NCBI GenBank assembly: GCA_964653195.1
Contig: CAZZCX010000003.1
Location: 11,688 to 75,687, forward strand
Length of the DNA: 64,000 nucleotides
Reading direction: 5' to 3'
Origin: an uncultured Gammaproteobacteria bacterium
GTDB taxonomy: Bacteria > Patescibacteriota > Microgenomatia > Levybacterales > UBA12049
Shown: in pieces, positions 10,340-18,971 of the stretch
Position numbering within the stretch: position 1 is the stretch's first letter
How the letters are laid out: every line of letters starts with the position of its first letter
Notes under the pieces: model-generated
Databases searched by the model: none
What the model saw: the letters and a program-made list of their open reading frames with translations, nothing else
What the model was told of the DNA's origin: nothing
Made by a program: the position numbers and the translations under genes

Positions 10340-10570
10340 TTATTCAGCGACTAGTGACCTTATGGTGTCCGATGGTTGTGCGCCTTTAGAAACCCAGTAA
10401 TTGTATCTGTCCATTTTTAAAACTTTGATATTCTTTGGTTTATTTTTTTCGTACCAGCCTAATAACTCCAAAAAATCACCGTCTCTGCGGCTTCTTTTTT
10501 CTTTTACTATGATACGAAATTTACGTTCTCCTTTTTTGCCAATTCTTGTTGAGCGTATTACTAGCGACAT
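10340..10570 (-). CDS. rpsP: 30S ribosomal protein S16
   Basis: MSLVIRSTRIGKKGERKFRIIV... is a typical S16 N-terminus. It is 76 aa. Confidence 0.9.
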   Translation of the reverse strand: MSLVIRSTRIGKKGERKFRIIVKEKRSRRDGDFLELLGWYEKNKPKNIKVLKMDRYNYWVSKGAQPSDTIRSLVAE

Positions 10571-10627
10571 ATGGTTAATATTTTAACAGATTGAAGTTTG
10601 ATTCTCAAGGCTTTTTTGAGTTTGATC

Positions 10628-11296
10628 CTAAGACGGTTTCTGGAGTTTCTTAAGTGCTTCTTTGGCTGCTGCTTCTTCTGCTTCCTGCTTGGACTTGCCT
10701 ACTCCTTGGCCCATGATTTCATCCTGAATCAGGACTCCTATAGTAAAAATCTTAGCATGAGGTGGTCCTTCTTCTTCTAAGACTTTATATATTGGAGAAT
10801 TCTGTTTTTGGGATTGGACAAACTCCTGTAGTAAGCTTTTTGGATCTTTAAATGCTTTTTTTGACACTATAACGTCAATTTTTGGTGCCAGAATGGATAG
10901 TATGAATTCTTTAACTGCTTCTATCCCCTGATCTATAAATAGTGCGCCTATAACAGCCTCAACTACATTTGCAAGGAGTGATTCGTTTTCTCTCCCATTG
11001 GACTCTTCTTCTCCTCTGGAAAGCATTAAGAATTGACCTAGCTTAAACTCTATAGCAATTTTAGCCAGGCTTTTAGTGTTTACGACTAGAGATCGGATAT
11101 TTGTAAGAATTCCTTCGTCGTAGTCGGGAAACGTGTCATAAAGGTACTTAGATACCACAAACGAGAGTATACTATCACCTAAAAACTCCAGTCTTTCATT
11201 AGAAGAGAGTTTTTCTTTAGTTTCGTTTAGATAGGATCTATGTATAAAGGCTTGCTTAAGAAGCGTTTTATCTTTAAATTCAGGTAGTCTATTCAT
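10628..11296 (-). CDS. rnc: Ribonuclease III
   Basis: RNase III signature ERLEFLGDSIL and a C-terminal dsRBD (KSKQEAEEAAAKEAL). Confidence 0.9.
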   Translation of the reverse strand: MNRLPEFKDKTLLKQAFIHRSYLNETKEKLSSNERLEFLGDSILSFVVSKYLYDTFPDYDEGILTNIRSLVVNTKSLAKIAIEFKLGQFLMLSRGEEESNGRENESLLANVVEAVIGALFIDQGIEAVKEFILSILAPKIDVIVSKKAFKDPKSLLQEFVQSQKQNSPIYKVLEEEGPPHAKIFTIGVLIQDEIMGQGVGKSKQEAEEAAAKEALKKLQKPS

Positions 11297-11639
11297 TTTT
11301 CAATATATTTCCTAGTGCGCCGTTAATAAATGCAGGGCTAGTATCGTTTGCGAATTCTTTTGCAAGCTCAATAGCTTCATCTATAATAACATTTGCAGGT
11401 TCAGTTTTCTCTATAAGCAATTCGTACACAGCTAGCCTAAGAATAGCCAAATCGATCTTATTTATTTTATCAATTGGGAATTCAGGTGCAGCTTTTTGTA
11501 TTTGTAGATCAAGCTGCTCTTTATTTTGTAATATTATCTTAATTTCTGGTTTGGTAGATTGATCGTGAAAGTCTACCTTAAATAGTTCTTGAATTAAATT
11601 TTGCCTGTGTTTATGCCTCGGATCTGTAGATGTTTTCAT
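11289..11639 (-). CDS. nusB: Transcription antitermination factor NusB
   Basis: DLAILRLAVYELL...VIIDEAIELAKEFANDTSPAFINGALG aligns well to E. coli NusB (AVLRIALYEL...VAINEAIELAKSFG...FVNGVLD). Confidence 0.8.
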   Translation of the reverse strand: MKTSTDPRHKHRQNLIQELFKVDFHDQSTKPEIKIILQNKEQLDLQIQKAAPEFPIDKINKIDLAILRLAVYELLIEKTEPANVIIDEAIELAKEFANDTSPAFINGALGNILKNE

Positions 11640-11768
11640 TGTTATTTAGCCAATATAGACTTAGCTTGGGGTTTTGAGTAGCTTTGCGGAATAAATGTTC
11701 CCGAAACTACCTGTCCGCAATGCTACGCAAAACGTTGCAGGCGGGAGCTAAACTCTATGCTAAGACAA

Positions 11769-11960
11769 TTATTTCTGATTTGTTTTAACCTGTATTACTT
11801 TATTGCCTTTATAATAACCGCATGATGGGCAAACAATGTGAAATAGAATACTTTCTTTACAATTACTGCATTTAGTCAGTTTTTGTAGAGTTAAGTGGAT
11901 ACTTGCTCTTCTTTTGCCCTGTCGGGCTCTGGAATGTCTTTTTTTAGGCTCTTGGGACAT
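11769..11960 (-). CDS. rpmF: 50S ribosomal protein L32
   Basis: A 63-aa protein with PKKRHSRARQGKRRA and a CxxC...CxxC zinc ribbon. Confidence 0.85.
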   Translation of the reverse strand: MSQEPKKRHSRARQGKRRASIHLTLQKLTKCSNCKESILFHIVCPSCGYYKGNKVIQVKTNQK

Positions 11961-12105
11961 AAATTAATAGTTATGAATTATAAGTGATAAATTATGAGTT
12001 GTTTAAACTTAAAACTTAGGACTCGCGACTCATAGCTTATTATTGTATTGTACCCTATCCCAGCCTCGCTTGCAACGGGTAAATAGTCTAAAATTTAAAT
12101 ATAAT

Positions 12106-13191
12106 TTAATTTGATAGATATAATAAGTGATTTAAGAGCATTGCAAAGTCTGTTTTTTGATGAGCAGGAAAATTCGCTATTCTTATTTGCTTTTCCTTCA
12201 TTGATCCGTATCCTGAGCCTAATATAAACCCTTTTGTTTTTATTGATTCAATAATTGACTTAGAGCCATTTGGCGTAGATATGACTATAGTAGTTTTGGA
12301 TCGTAATTTTGCGTTTTTTACAAAAAGAAATAAATTTTCTTGTTTTTCAAAGAAATCATATAGTAGATTACTTTTTTCCTCTGTATCTTTTCTAATTTGC
12401 TGTATACCGGTATTTAGCATATCTTTTGAAATTTTATCTAGAAGATAAATACTTAATACATTCGGTGTTTCTGGAGTCTGGAATATCTTATTTTGCTTAC
12501 TAAGCGAGGCAAATGAATGGTAACTTCCTGTAGACAGCCCTTTCTTATTAAGAAACACAGATTTTTCGTAAGCTCTAGGACTAATAATTAATACCCCCAA
12601 CCCGGAAGGCATTCCGAACCCTTTCTGTACGGAGAAGAAAACGCAGTCAAGTAATTTAAAGGGTAAATTTACGTAAGGTACTGATGATACTATGTCTACA
12701 GCAATTAGCACCTTAGGGTAACGTTTAGCTAAATATTCAATTTCATTAATTGGAATTGAGACACCCGTACTCGTTTCATTTTGAGTTAGCGCGATAAGTT
12801 CAGTTTTAGGCGAAATTTGTATTTTTTTTATATCACACCATTCGCCTAGCTCTATATTGTTAGAAGATGCGTTTTTTTTAAGATTAAGTCCAATGTCACA
12901 AAATTTTTTAGAAAAACTGCCATTAACAAAATGAAAACTTTTTATTTCTACTGTATTTTGGATTATCCTTTCCATGGCTTCAGTTGCTGAAGAAAGAAAG
13001 AATATACTGAAATCTTGCGGAACTCCTAATAAGTGACGTATATTATCAATTGCGGATTTATAAATTTCATGAAATCTCTCACTTCTATGAGAAATTGATA
13101 ATATATCTTCTGCAAATGCATTATTGATATGTTGTTCAACCGTTGGATAAAGTTGTGAAGGTCCAGGCGTGAAGAAAATTAGCTTTTGCAT
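12106..13191 (-). CDS. serC: Phosphoserine aminotransferase-like class V aminotransferase
   Basis: The PLP-lysine context SVQKGFGMPSGLGVLII resembles SerC (SAQKNLGPAGLT). It is adjacent to the serB-serA fusion. Confidence 0.7.
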   Translation of the reverse strand: MQKLIFFTPGPSQLYPTVEQHINNAFAEDILSISHRSERFHEIYKSAIDNIRHLLGVPQDFSIFFLSSATEAMERIIQNTVEIKSFHFVNGSFSKKFCDIGLNLKKNASSNNIELGEWCDIKKIQISPKTELIALTQNETSTGVSIPINEIEYLAKRYPKVLIAVDIVSSVPYVNLPFKLLDCVFFSVQKGFGMPSGLGVLIISPRAYEKSVFLNKKGLSTGSYHSFASLSKQNKIFQTPETPNVLSIYLLDKISKDMLNTGIQQIRKDTEEKSNLLYDFFEKQENLFLFVKNAKLRSKTTIVISTPNGSKSIIESIKTKGFILGSGYGSMKEKQIRIANFPAHQKTDFAMLLNHLLYLSN

Positions 13192-13193
13192 GT

Positions 13194-15095
13194 CTAATAA
13201 AGTATTCTAAAGCGAATTGTATTGGTTATATTTTTTAATTCCTCTATAACTGACTGACTATAATTTTTATAAACGTCAGTTATCACATAGCCAATTTCCT
13301 CATTTGTTTTAAGATATTGACCTTCAATATTGATTTTATTTTGTGCGAATACTTTATTTAGATCGGAGAGTACACCAGGCTGATTTTTATGAATATGAAT
13401 AAACCGATGAGCTTTTTTAAGCTTAGGTAGCTGAATATTAGGGAAGTTTACACTATGTGCCGTATTCCCTGTATTTACAAAACTTATTAATTTTTCGGAC
13501 ATAAACTCTGCGATATTTTTTTGTCCTTCTTCTGTACCGGCACCAATATGTGGAGTAAGTATTACATTTGGAAGCCCTTGAAGAAATGACGTAAATTTTT
13601 CATTATTGCTTCTCGGTTCGTTTGGGAATACATCTATTGCAGCTCCGTGAATTTTGCCATTTTTAATGAAGCTTACAAGAGGTAAGACGTCAACCACTAA
13701 CCCTCTACTGCAATTAATGAAAATTACTCCATCTTTCATTTTCGAAAACTCGTTTGAACCTATAAGATTAATGTTTTCTTTTCTACCATCTACATGGATA
13801 GTTATAATGTCTGAGATTCTTAGCAGCTCTTCAAGCGTTTTGCAGCGTTTGGCATTACCGAGTGCTAATTTATCAGTGACATCGAAATAATAAACTTCCA
13901 TACCGAGATTTTCAGCTAGAACTGAAAGCTGAGATCCGATATTTCCATAACCTACAATTCCTAGTTTTTTTCCTCTTATCTCGTGACAGTTCAATGCTGA
14001 TTTATCCCATATACCTGCGTGCATTTTTTGTGATTTATCAAAAACACGGCGATTTAACATAATTATATTTCCGATTGTGAGCTCGACAACACTTCGCGTA
14101 TTACTAAACGGTGCATTAAAAACACTAATTCCTGAAGTTGAGCATGCTGATAAATCAACATTATTCGTACCTATTCCAAATACACCAATGGATAATAATT
14201 TATTAGCATGAAGTAGAATATCTTTTTGAATTTTTGTTTTCGATCTGATACCGAGTATTGATACACTTGGAATAACTCTCCTTAATTCCTCTGTACTTAA
14301 AGAACCGTTAAATGTTTCTACCTTATATCCTTCGCTGAAAAGTATATTTTCAGCTTTAGAGTGGATATTCTCTAGAAGTAACACTTTCATCATAGTTTTA
14401 GGGTATGAAAGTGCGCGTGGTAATTTTAGTTTAAAAAGTATTTCATCGAACGAAGCAGTTACGTAATCAGCTTTGTCCATGACTACCTGCCGTTTTATAT
14501 TTTCGGTAAATGCAAAAAATTTTTCAGCACTACCATTTTCTTTAATTTGATAATCGGTAAATCCATCCCCTATAATGTAAATTTTTCCTTGTAGATTTAA
14601 TTTTTCAATTGCTTTTATTTTACCTCTATCTTGACTTAACGGGTTTTTTTCATCAAATCCGATTACTAAACCCTTATTATCGAATTGGAAAGTATTTGCT
14701 AATACATGTTTTTCTGTTATGCCGTAAGATTTAACTACAGGAGTGATAAATTCTTTGAACCCACCTGAAATAACATAAATTTGCTCTGCATAATTTTTAA
14801 AGAAATCTCTATTATTCTTCACGGACTTTGTTATGTGATTCTTAATTAATCTTATTAACTTATGAATATCATTTTTATCTGTTTGGAACAAAAGTAGTCT
14901 TTTACGTAAAGATTCATTGAAGCTAATTTTTCCTTCCATGCCCAAATTTGTAATTCTTGAAACTTCTTTTAGTATTTCTTCCTTTCCTGATTTATCTTTC
15001 AAAGTGATTTTTGCCAATTCTTCTAATGATTCGACAGTTACAAATGTACTGTCAAAGTCGATAATAAAATAAGTGTTTTTGCTCAATGGTTTCAT
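13194..15095 (-). CDS. serA: Fusion of a phosphoserine phosphatase-like HAD domain with D-3-phosphoglycerate dehydrogenase (ACT domain at the C-terminus)
   Basis: HAD motif I DFDSTF at the N-terminus. A 2-hydroxyacid dehydrogenase NAD-binding site (GIVGYGNIGSQL) and catalytic region follow. A C-terminal ACT-like segment is present. Confidence 0.75.
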   Translation of the reverse strand: MKPLSKNTYFIIDFDSTFVTVESLEELAKITLKDKSGKEEILKEVSRITNLGMEGKISFNESLRKRLLLFQTDKNDIHKLIRLIKNHITKSVKNNRDFFKNYAEQIYVISGGFKEFITPVVKSYGITEKHVLANTFQFDNKGLVIGFDEKNPLSQDRGKIKAIEKLNLQGKIYIIGDGFTDYQIKENGSAEKFFAFTENIKRQVVMDKADYVTASFDEILFKLKLPRALSYPKTMMKVLLLENIHSKAENILFSEGYKVETFNGSLSTEELRRVIPSVSILGIRSKTKIQKDILLHANKLLSIGVFGIGTNNVDLSACSTSGISVFNAPFSNTRSVVELTIGNIIMLNRRVFDKSQKMHAGIWDKSALNCHEIRGKKLGIVGYGNIGSQLSVLAENLGMEVYYFDVTDKLALGNAKRCKTLEELLRISDIITIHVDGRKENINLIGSNEFSKMKDGVIFINCSRGLVVDVLPLVSFIKNGKIHGAAIDVFPNEPRSNNEKFTSFLQGLPNVILTPHIGAGTEEGQKNIAEFMSEKLISFVNTGNTAHSVNFPNIQLPKLKKAHRFIHIHKNQPGVLSDLNKVFAQNKINIEGQYLKTNEEIGYVITDVYKNYSQSVIEELKNITNTIRFRILY

Positions 15096-15250
15096 GATTA
15101 ATTAATAAATTTCTTTGTTGTTTATAATACTTTTTGTTTATATCTGCCTATATTTATGCTCAGCTTATGGTTGTCATCCATTTAAATGAAATATTTATTT
15201 TGGCAGACTATGTTTATTTAAGTAAAATATAAAAATTTAGTAAGTTACAC

Positions 15251-15279
15251 ATAAAAAAACTCCCTTTCGGGAGATGGTT
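15251..15279 (-). terminator. Intrinsic terminator downstream of recG. Read on the minus strand it is CTCCC-GAAA-GGGAG followed by a T-run.
   Basis: Plus-strand aaaaaaactccctttcgggagatgg. The GAAA tetraloop hairpin is followed by T7 on the minus strand. Confidence 0.6.
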
Positions 15280-15436
15280 TATAAAATACATTTTTCCACC
15301 TCCCTAGCTAAAGGTAGCGGATGATGGTGAAAAATTATTTGTTAATTGGACTCTAGTATTCATAGATAATATTTAATCAATTCAAATACTACAAGAGTTT
15401 CAATGGATAGTCAATAGTTATTTATTGTTAGATTTA

Positions 15437-17530
15437 TTAATCAGGTGAAATAATTGATGTAGTGATTTCATTTAATTTCTTTTCAAGCGATGGATAATCT
15501 GATAATGCTGAAAATATTTGTTCGGCTTCTAATTTACTATTTTTAATAATTGTAAAATCTGAAAAACTAGCTGCTTTTAACTTAGGTATACCTGATTGAG
15601 TAGTTCCAAAAATATCTCCAGGTCCTCGGAGTCGAAGATCAAGCTCCGACAACTCGGCACCTATATGCATCCTTTCCATAGCTTTTAGACGAGTTAATGT
15701 TTGTGTGGATTTAGTATCGCTGAAAAGTAAACAATACGATTGCTTGTCATCTCTGCCCACCCTCCCTCTTAGTTGATGAAGCTGACTTAAGCCAAATCTT
15801 TCCGCTGCCTCTATGAGTATGATTGTAGCGTTAGGTATATCAATACCTACTTCTACTACAGGTGTCGCTATAAGAATATCTGACTTTTTATCTTTAAAAC
15901 TGGTAAGTATTTGGTCTTTTTCCTTCGCTTTAAGTTTTCCATGGAGCATCTCAAGACGTAAGTCAGGAAACACATTAGTTTTTAAGCGCTCAAATTCTAC
16001 TTTCGCTGCTTTTACTGAAAGTAAATTTTCAGATTCCTCTATGAAAGGACAGATTATAAAAACCTGAGTTCCTAATTCGTTTATTTGTTTACGGATCCAG
16101 TCATATGCAGCTTCCCGTTTTTCCTCTGGTACAAGCCATGTCTTAATACGTTTTCGACCTTTAGGGAGCTCATTGAGATATGAGATATCCAGATCACCAT
16201 ATGCCGTAAGTGCGACAGTTCTTGGGATGGGTGTTGCAGTCATGGTAAGGAAATGTGGATTTCTACCTTTAAGCCTAATAATACTTCTCTGCTCTACCCC
16301 AAATCTTTGCTGTTCATCTACTATCACTAACCCAAGCTTATTAAACTGTATTTTTTCACTTAAAACAGCGTGTGTACCTATTAGAATATCAGTATCCTGT
16401 AACGATTTGTCAATTGAATGTTTTAATTTCTTGCTACCTGCTACTTGATTCTTAGTCCTTTTTTGTGATCTTGTTACTAAATCGATTTTAAGATTAAAGG
16501 GAGTTAGGAATTGACTAATAGTTTTATAGTGTTGCTCTGCTAGTATCTCAGTCGGTGCCATTAATACTGATTGAAATCCATTGAGGTAAGATATATATAA
16601 GGCATAAATTCCGACGATTGTTTTTCCGCTCCCTACATCTCCCTGAAGAAGTCTGTTCATGGGTTTTTCTTTTGACATATCTTTTAATATTTCCTTTATT
16701 GCTTTCTCTTGAGTTTCAGTTAGAGTAAAAGGTATAGATTTATTAAATATACTTACTTTTTCTTGATACTTATTTGAAGACATAGGATATCCTTTTACAT
16801 TTTTATCCCATTCAGTTCTGCGTTTCTTAGATTTCAATTGCAGTAAGAATAATTCATCAAATGCTAATCTTTCGCGAGCCTGTTTCACATCATCTAATTT
16901 TTTTGGAAAATGAACTTGTGTTAATGCATCATATAGACTGGGGTATGAGTATTTAGAGGTAATGGAATCTGGTAATATATCAATAATTTCGTTATTGAAT
17001 TCTTTTAATATTAAATTTATTTGTTTTCTTAGCCACTTTGAAGTAATACCCTTCGTTTCAGGATAAATTGGTACCAACCGTCCAGTATGAAGTTGATTTT
17101 CATTACGACTATTTTCAGTAGCTAATATTTCATAATCAGGGGACGTTATAACAAATTTATTCTTGAATATGTCAACTTTACCTGAAAGAGATATCTTGTC
17201 ATTTACGTGAATATATTTTGTCAAAAAGGGCTGGTTATACCAAACTACTTCAATTGAGCCTGTTTCATCAGCTATAATCGCTTTTTGTATTTTTCGAAAT
17301 TTTCTTGTGAACACGTTCTCAATTGATATGACTTGTCCATGAATAGTTACGACTTCACCTGCTTGAACCTGATTTATTTTTGAGATTAACGAAAAGTCAT
17401 CATAGCGGAAAGGTAAATGCCAGAGAAAATCATTTAATGTGAAAATATTAAGCTTTTCAAGTCTTCCTGAGAATAATTTATAAATTCTACCTGCGTTTTT
17501 TAGAGAAGTTTGCAGTGTAATTTTATCCAT
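15437..17530 (-). CDS. recG: ATP-dependent DNA helicase RecG
   Basis: An N-terminal wedge/OB domain, Walker A GDVGSGKT, DEQQRFG (DEAH-like) and helicase C motifs QLRGRVGR. Confidence 0.9.
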   Translation of the reverse strand: MDKITLQTSLKNAGRIYKLFSGRLEKLNIFTLNDFLWHLPFRYDDFSLISKINQVQAGEVVTIHGQVISIENVFTRKFRKIQKAIIADETGSIEVVWYNQPFLTKYIHVNDKISLSGKVDIFKNKFVITSPDYEILATENSRNENQLHTGRLVPIYPETKGITSKWLRKQINLILKEFNNEIIDILPDSITSKYSYPSLYDALTQVHFPKKLDDVKQARERLAFDELFLLQLKSKKRRTEWDKNVKGYPMSSNKYQEKVSIFNKSIPFTLTETQEKAIKEILKDMSKEKPMNRLLQGDVGSGKTIVGIYALYISYLNGFQSVLMAPTEILAEQHYKTISQFLTPFNLKIDLVTRSQKRTKNQVAGSKKLKHSIDKSLQDTDILIGTHAVLSEKIQFNKLGLVIVDEQQRFGVEQRSIIRLKGRNPHFLTMTATPIPRTVALTAYGDLDISYLNELPKGRKRIKTWLVPEEKREAAYDWIRKQINELGTQVFIICPFIEESENLLSVKAAKVEFERLKTNVFPDLRLEMLHGKLKAKEKDQILTSFKDKKSDILIATPVVEVGIDIPNATIILIEAAERFGLSQLHQLRGRVGRDDKQSYCLLFSDTKSTQTLTRLKAMERMHIGAELSELDLRLRGPGDIFGTTQSGIPKLKAASFSDFTIIKNSKLEAEQIFSALSDYPSLEKKLNEITTSIISPD

Positions 17531-17706
17531 TTACAAATATAAATTATATTTAATAGGAAACTAAATCCTAAAAATACATTAAATAAGGAAGAAAAGAGGT
17601 AGCTATCATCGCAATAACAGCGAATATCATTATTATTCTGAAAATTTTTTTATGTTTTCGTACGAAATTCATAGAATTTATGTATCTTATAACTTATAAC
17701 TTGTTA

Positions 17707-18897
17707 CTAGTTACCTGTAGCTATTCTAGCAAATCTTCTTTTTCCTACTCTTATTATCATATCATTTTTTATTAAAATTATTTTATTAGGATTCGTAATC
17801 CTTTCTTCGTCAATTTCTACCCCTCCTTGTTCTATTAGTCGTTTTGCTTCAGCTTTGCTCTTGCTGAATTTTATAAGCATTAATAAATCTGCAACTTCAA
17901 CTTGATTTTGTCCAGAATAGTGATGTAGTGGTAAATCTAAAGGAACTATCTTTTGCTGAATAGTTTTTTCAAAATGTTCTTTAGCATTTTCAGCAAGCGT
18001 TGCGTCATGTATGTCATTAATGACATTAAAAGCCAATAGTTTTTTTACCTCCATTGGATTTCTACCATTTTCTAATCCGTTTGCGATATTTTTAATTTCA
18101 CTTACGGAAAAGTTTGTGCAAAGTGTTAAATATTCGATAATAAGTTCATCTTTTATAGCCATAATTTTAGCAAAAATATTTTCCGGAGTATCATCAATCC
18201 AAATAGCATTGTTCCAGGTTTTGCTCATTTTTCTTCCATCTGTACCCGACAAGAATGTATTCGTCATAACAAATGATTCTTTTGAGCGCAAATTCTTTTG
18301 TAAAATTCTTCCTGCTTGCATATTGAAAGTTTGGTCAGTACCTCCAAGTTGTAAATCGGTATCCATTATATAACTGTCATATCCCTGCATAATTGGATAA
18401 AGCACTTCGTCAAGTCTAACTCTCTTCCCTTCAGTAAGACGTTTTTTAATAAGTTCACGGCTAATAAAGTCATTCATTGAGAAATTTTGAGTAAGTTTTA
18501 TTATTTCAGAAAAGGTTAATTTTCCAAGCCATTCACTGTTATGCACTATTTCAATCTTATTGAAGTCTATTATTTTCTCTGCTTGTTGTTTATATGTTTG
18601 AAAGTTAAATTTTATTTCTTCTGGAGTAAGTATAGGACGTTCTGATTCTTTATCTGATGTGTCACCAACTAGAGTAGTAAAATCACCAATAAGAAATGTT
18701 ACTTTATGACCTAATTCTGAAAATTGTTGGAGCTTTCTGAGTGGAACAGCATGACCTAAATGAATTCTTGTCATTGTGGGATCTATCCCGAGGTAAATAT
18801 TAAGAATTTTTCCTGCTTCGAGAACTTTTTTAAGTTCTTCTTTTCCTGGAATTATATTTGCTACCCCTCTTGTTAGTAGCTCTTCAATTTTATCCAT
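17707..18897 (-). CDS. tyrS: Tyrosine--tRNA ligase
   Basis: Class I motifs HLGH (HIGH) and KMSKT, plus a C-terminal S4 domain. Confidence 0.9.
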   Translation of the reverse strand: MDKIEELLTRGVANIIPGKEELKKVLEAGKILNIYLGIDPTMTRIHLGHAVPLRKLQQFSELGHKVTFLIGDFTTLVGDTSDKESERPILTPEEIKFNFQTYKQQAEKIIDFNKIEIVHNSEWLGKLTFSEIIKLTQNFSMNDFISRELIKKRLTEGKRVRLDEVLYPIMQGYDSYIMDTDLQLGGTDQTFNMQAGRILQKNLRSKESFVMTNTFLSGTDGRKMSKTWNNAIWIDDTPENIFAKIMAIKDELIIEYLTLCTNFSVSEIKNIANGLENGRNPMEVKKLLAFNVINDIHDATLAENAKEHFEKTIQQKIVPLDLPLHHYSGQNQVEVADLLMLIKFSKSKAEAKRLIEQGGVEIDEERITNPNKIILIKNDMIIRVGKRRFARIATGN

Positions 18898-18971
18898 ATT
18901 GGGAGTATAACATATTTTTTATTACAATTTTGGTTGCTATCAGCTTTTTTGGTATACTATAGTTTGCAGGT

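Noticed and set aside
10401-10780. Two 60-aa plus-strand ORFs overlapping rpsP and rnc
   Set aside because: They are antisense to well-conserved genes and have low-complexity hydrophobic translations.
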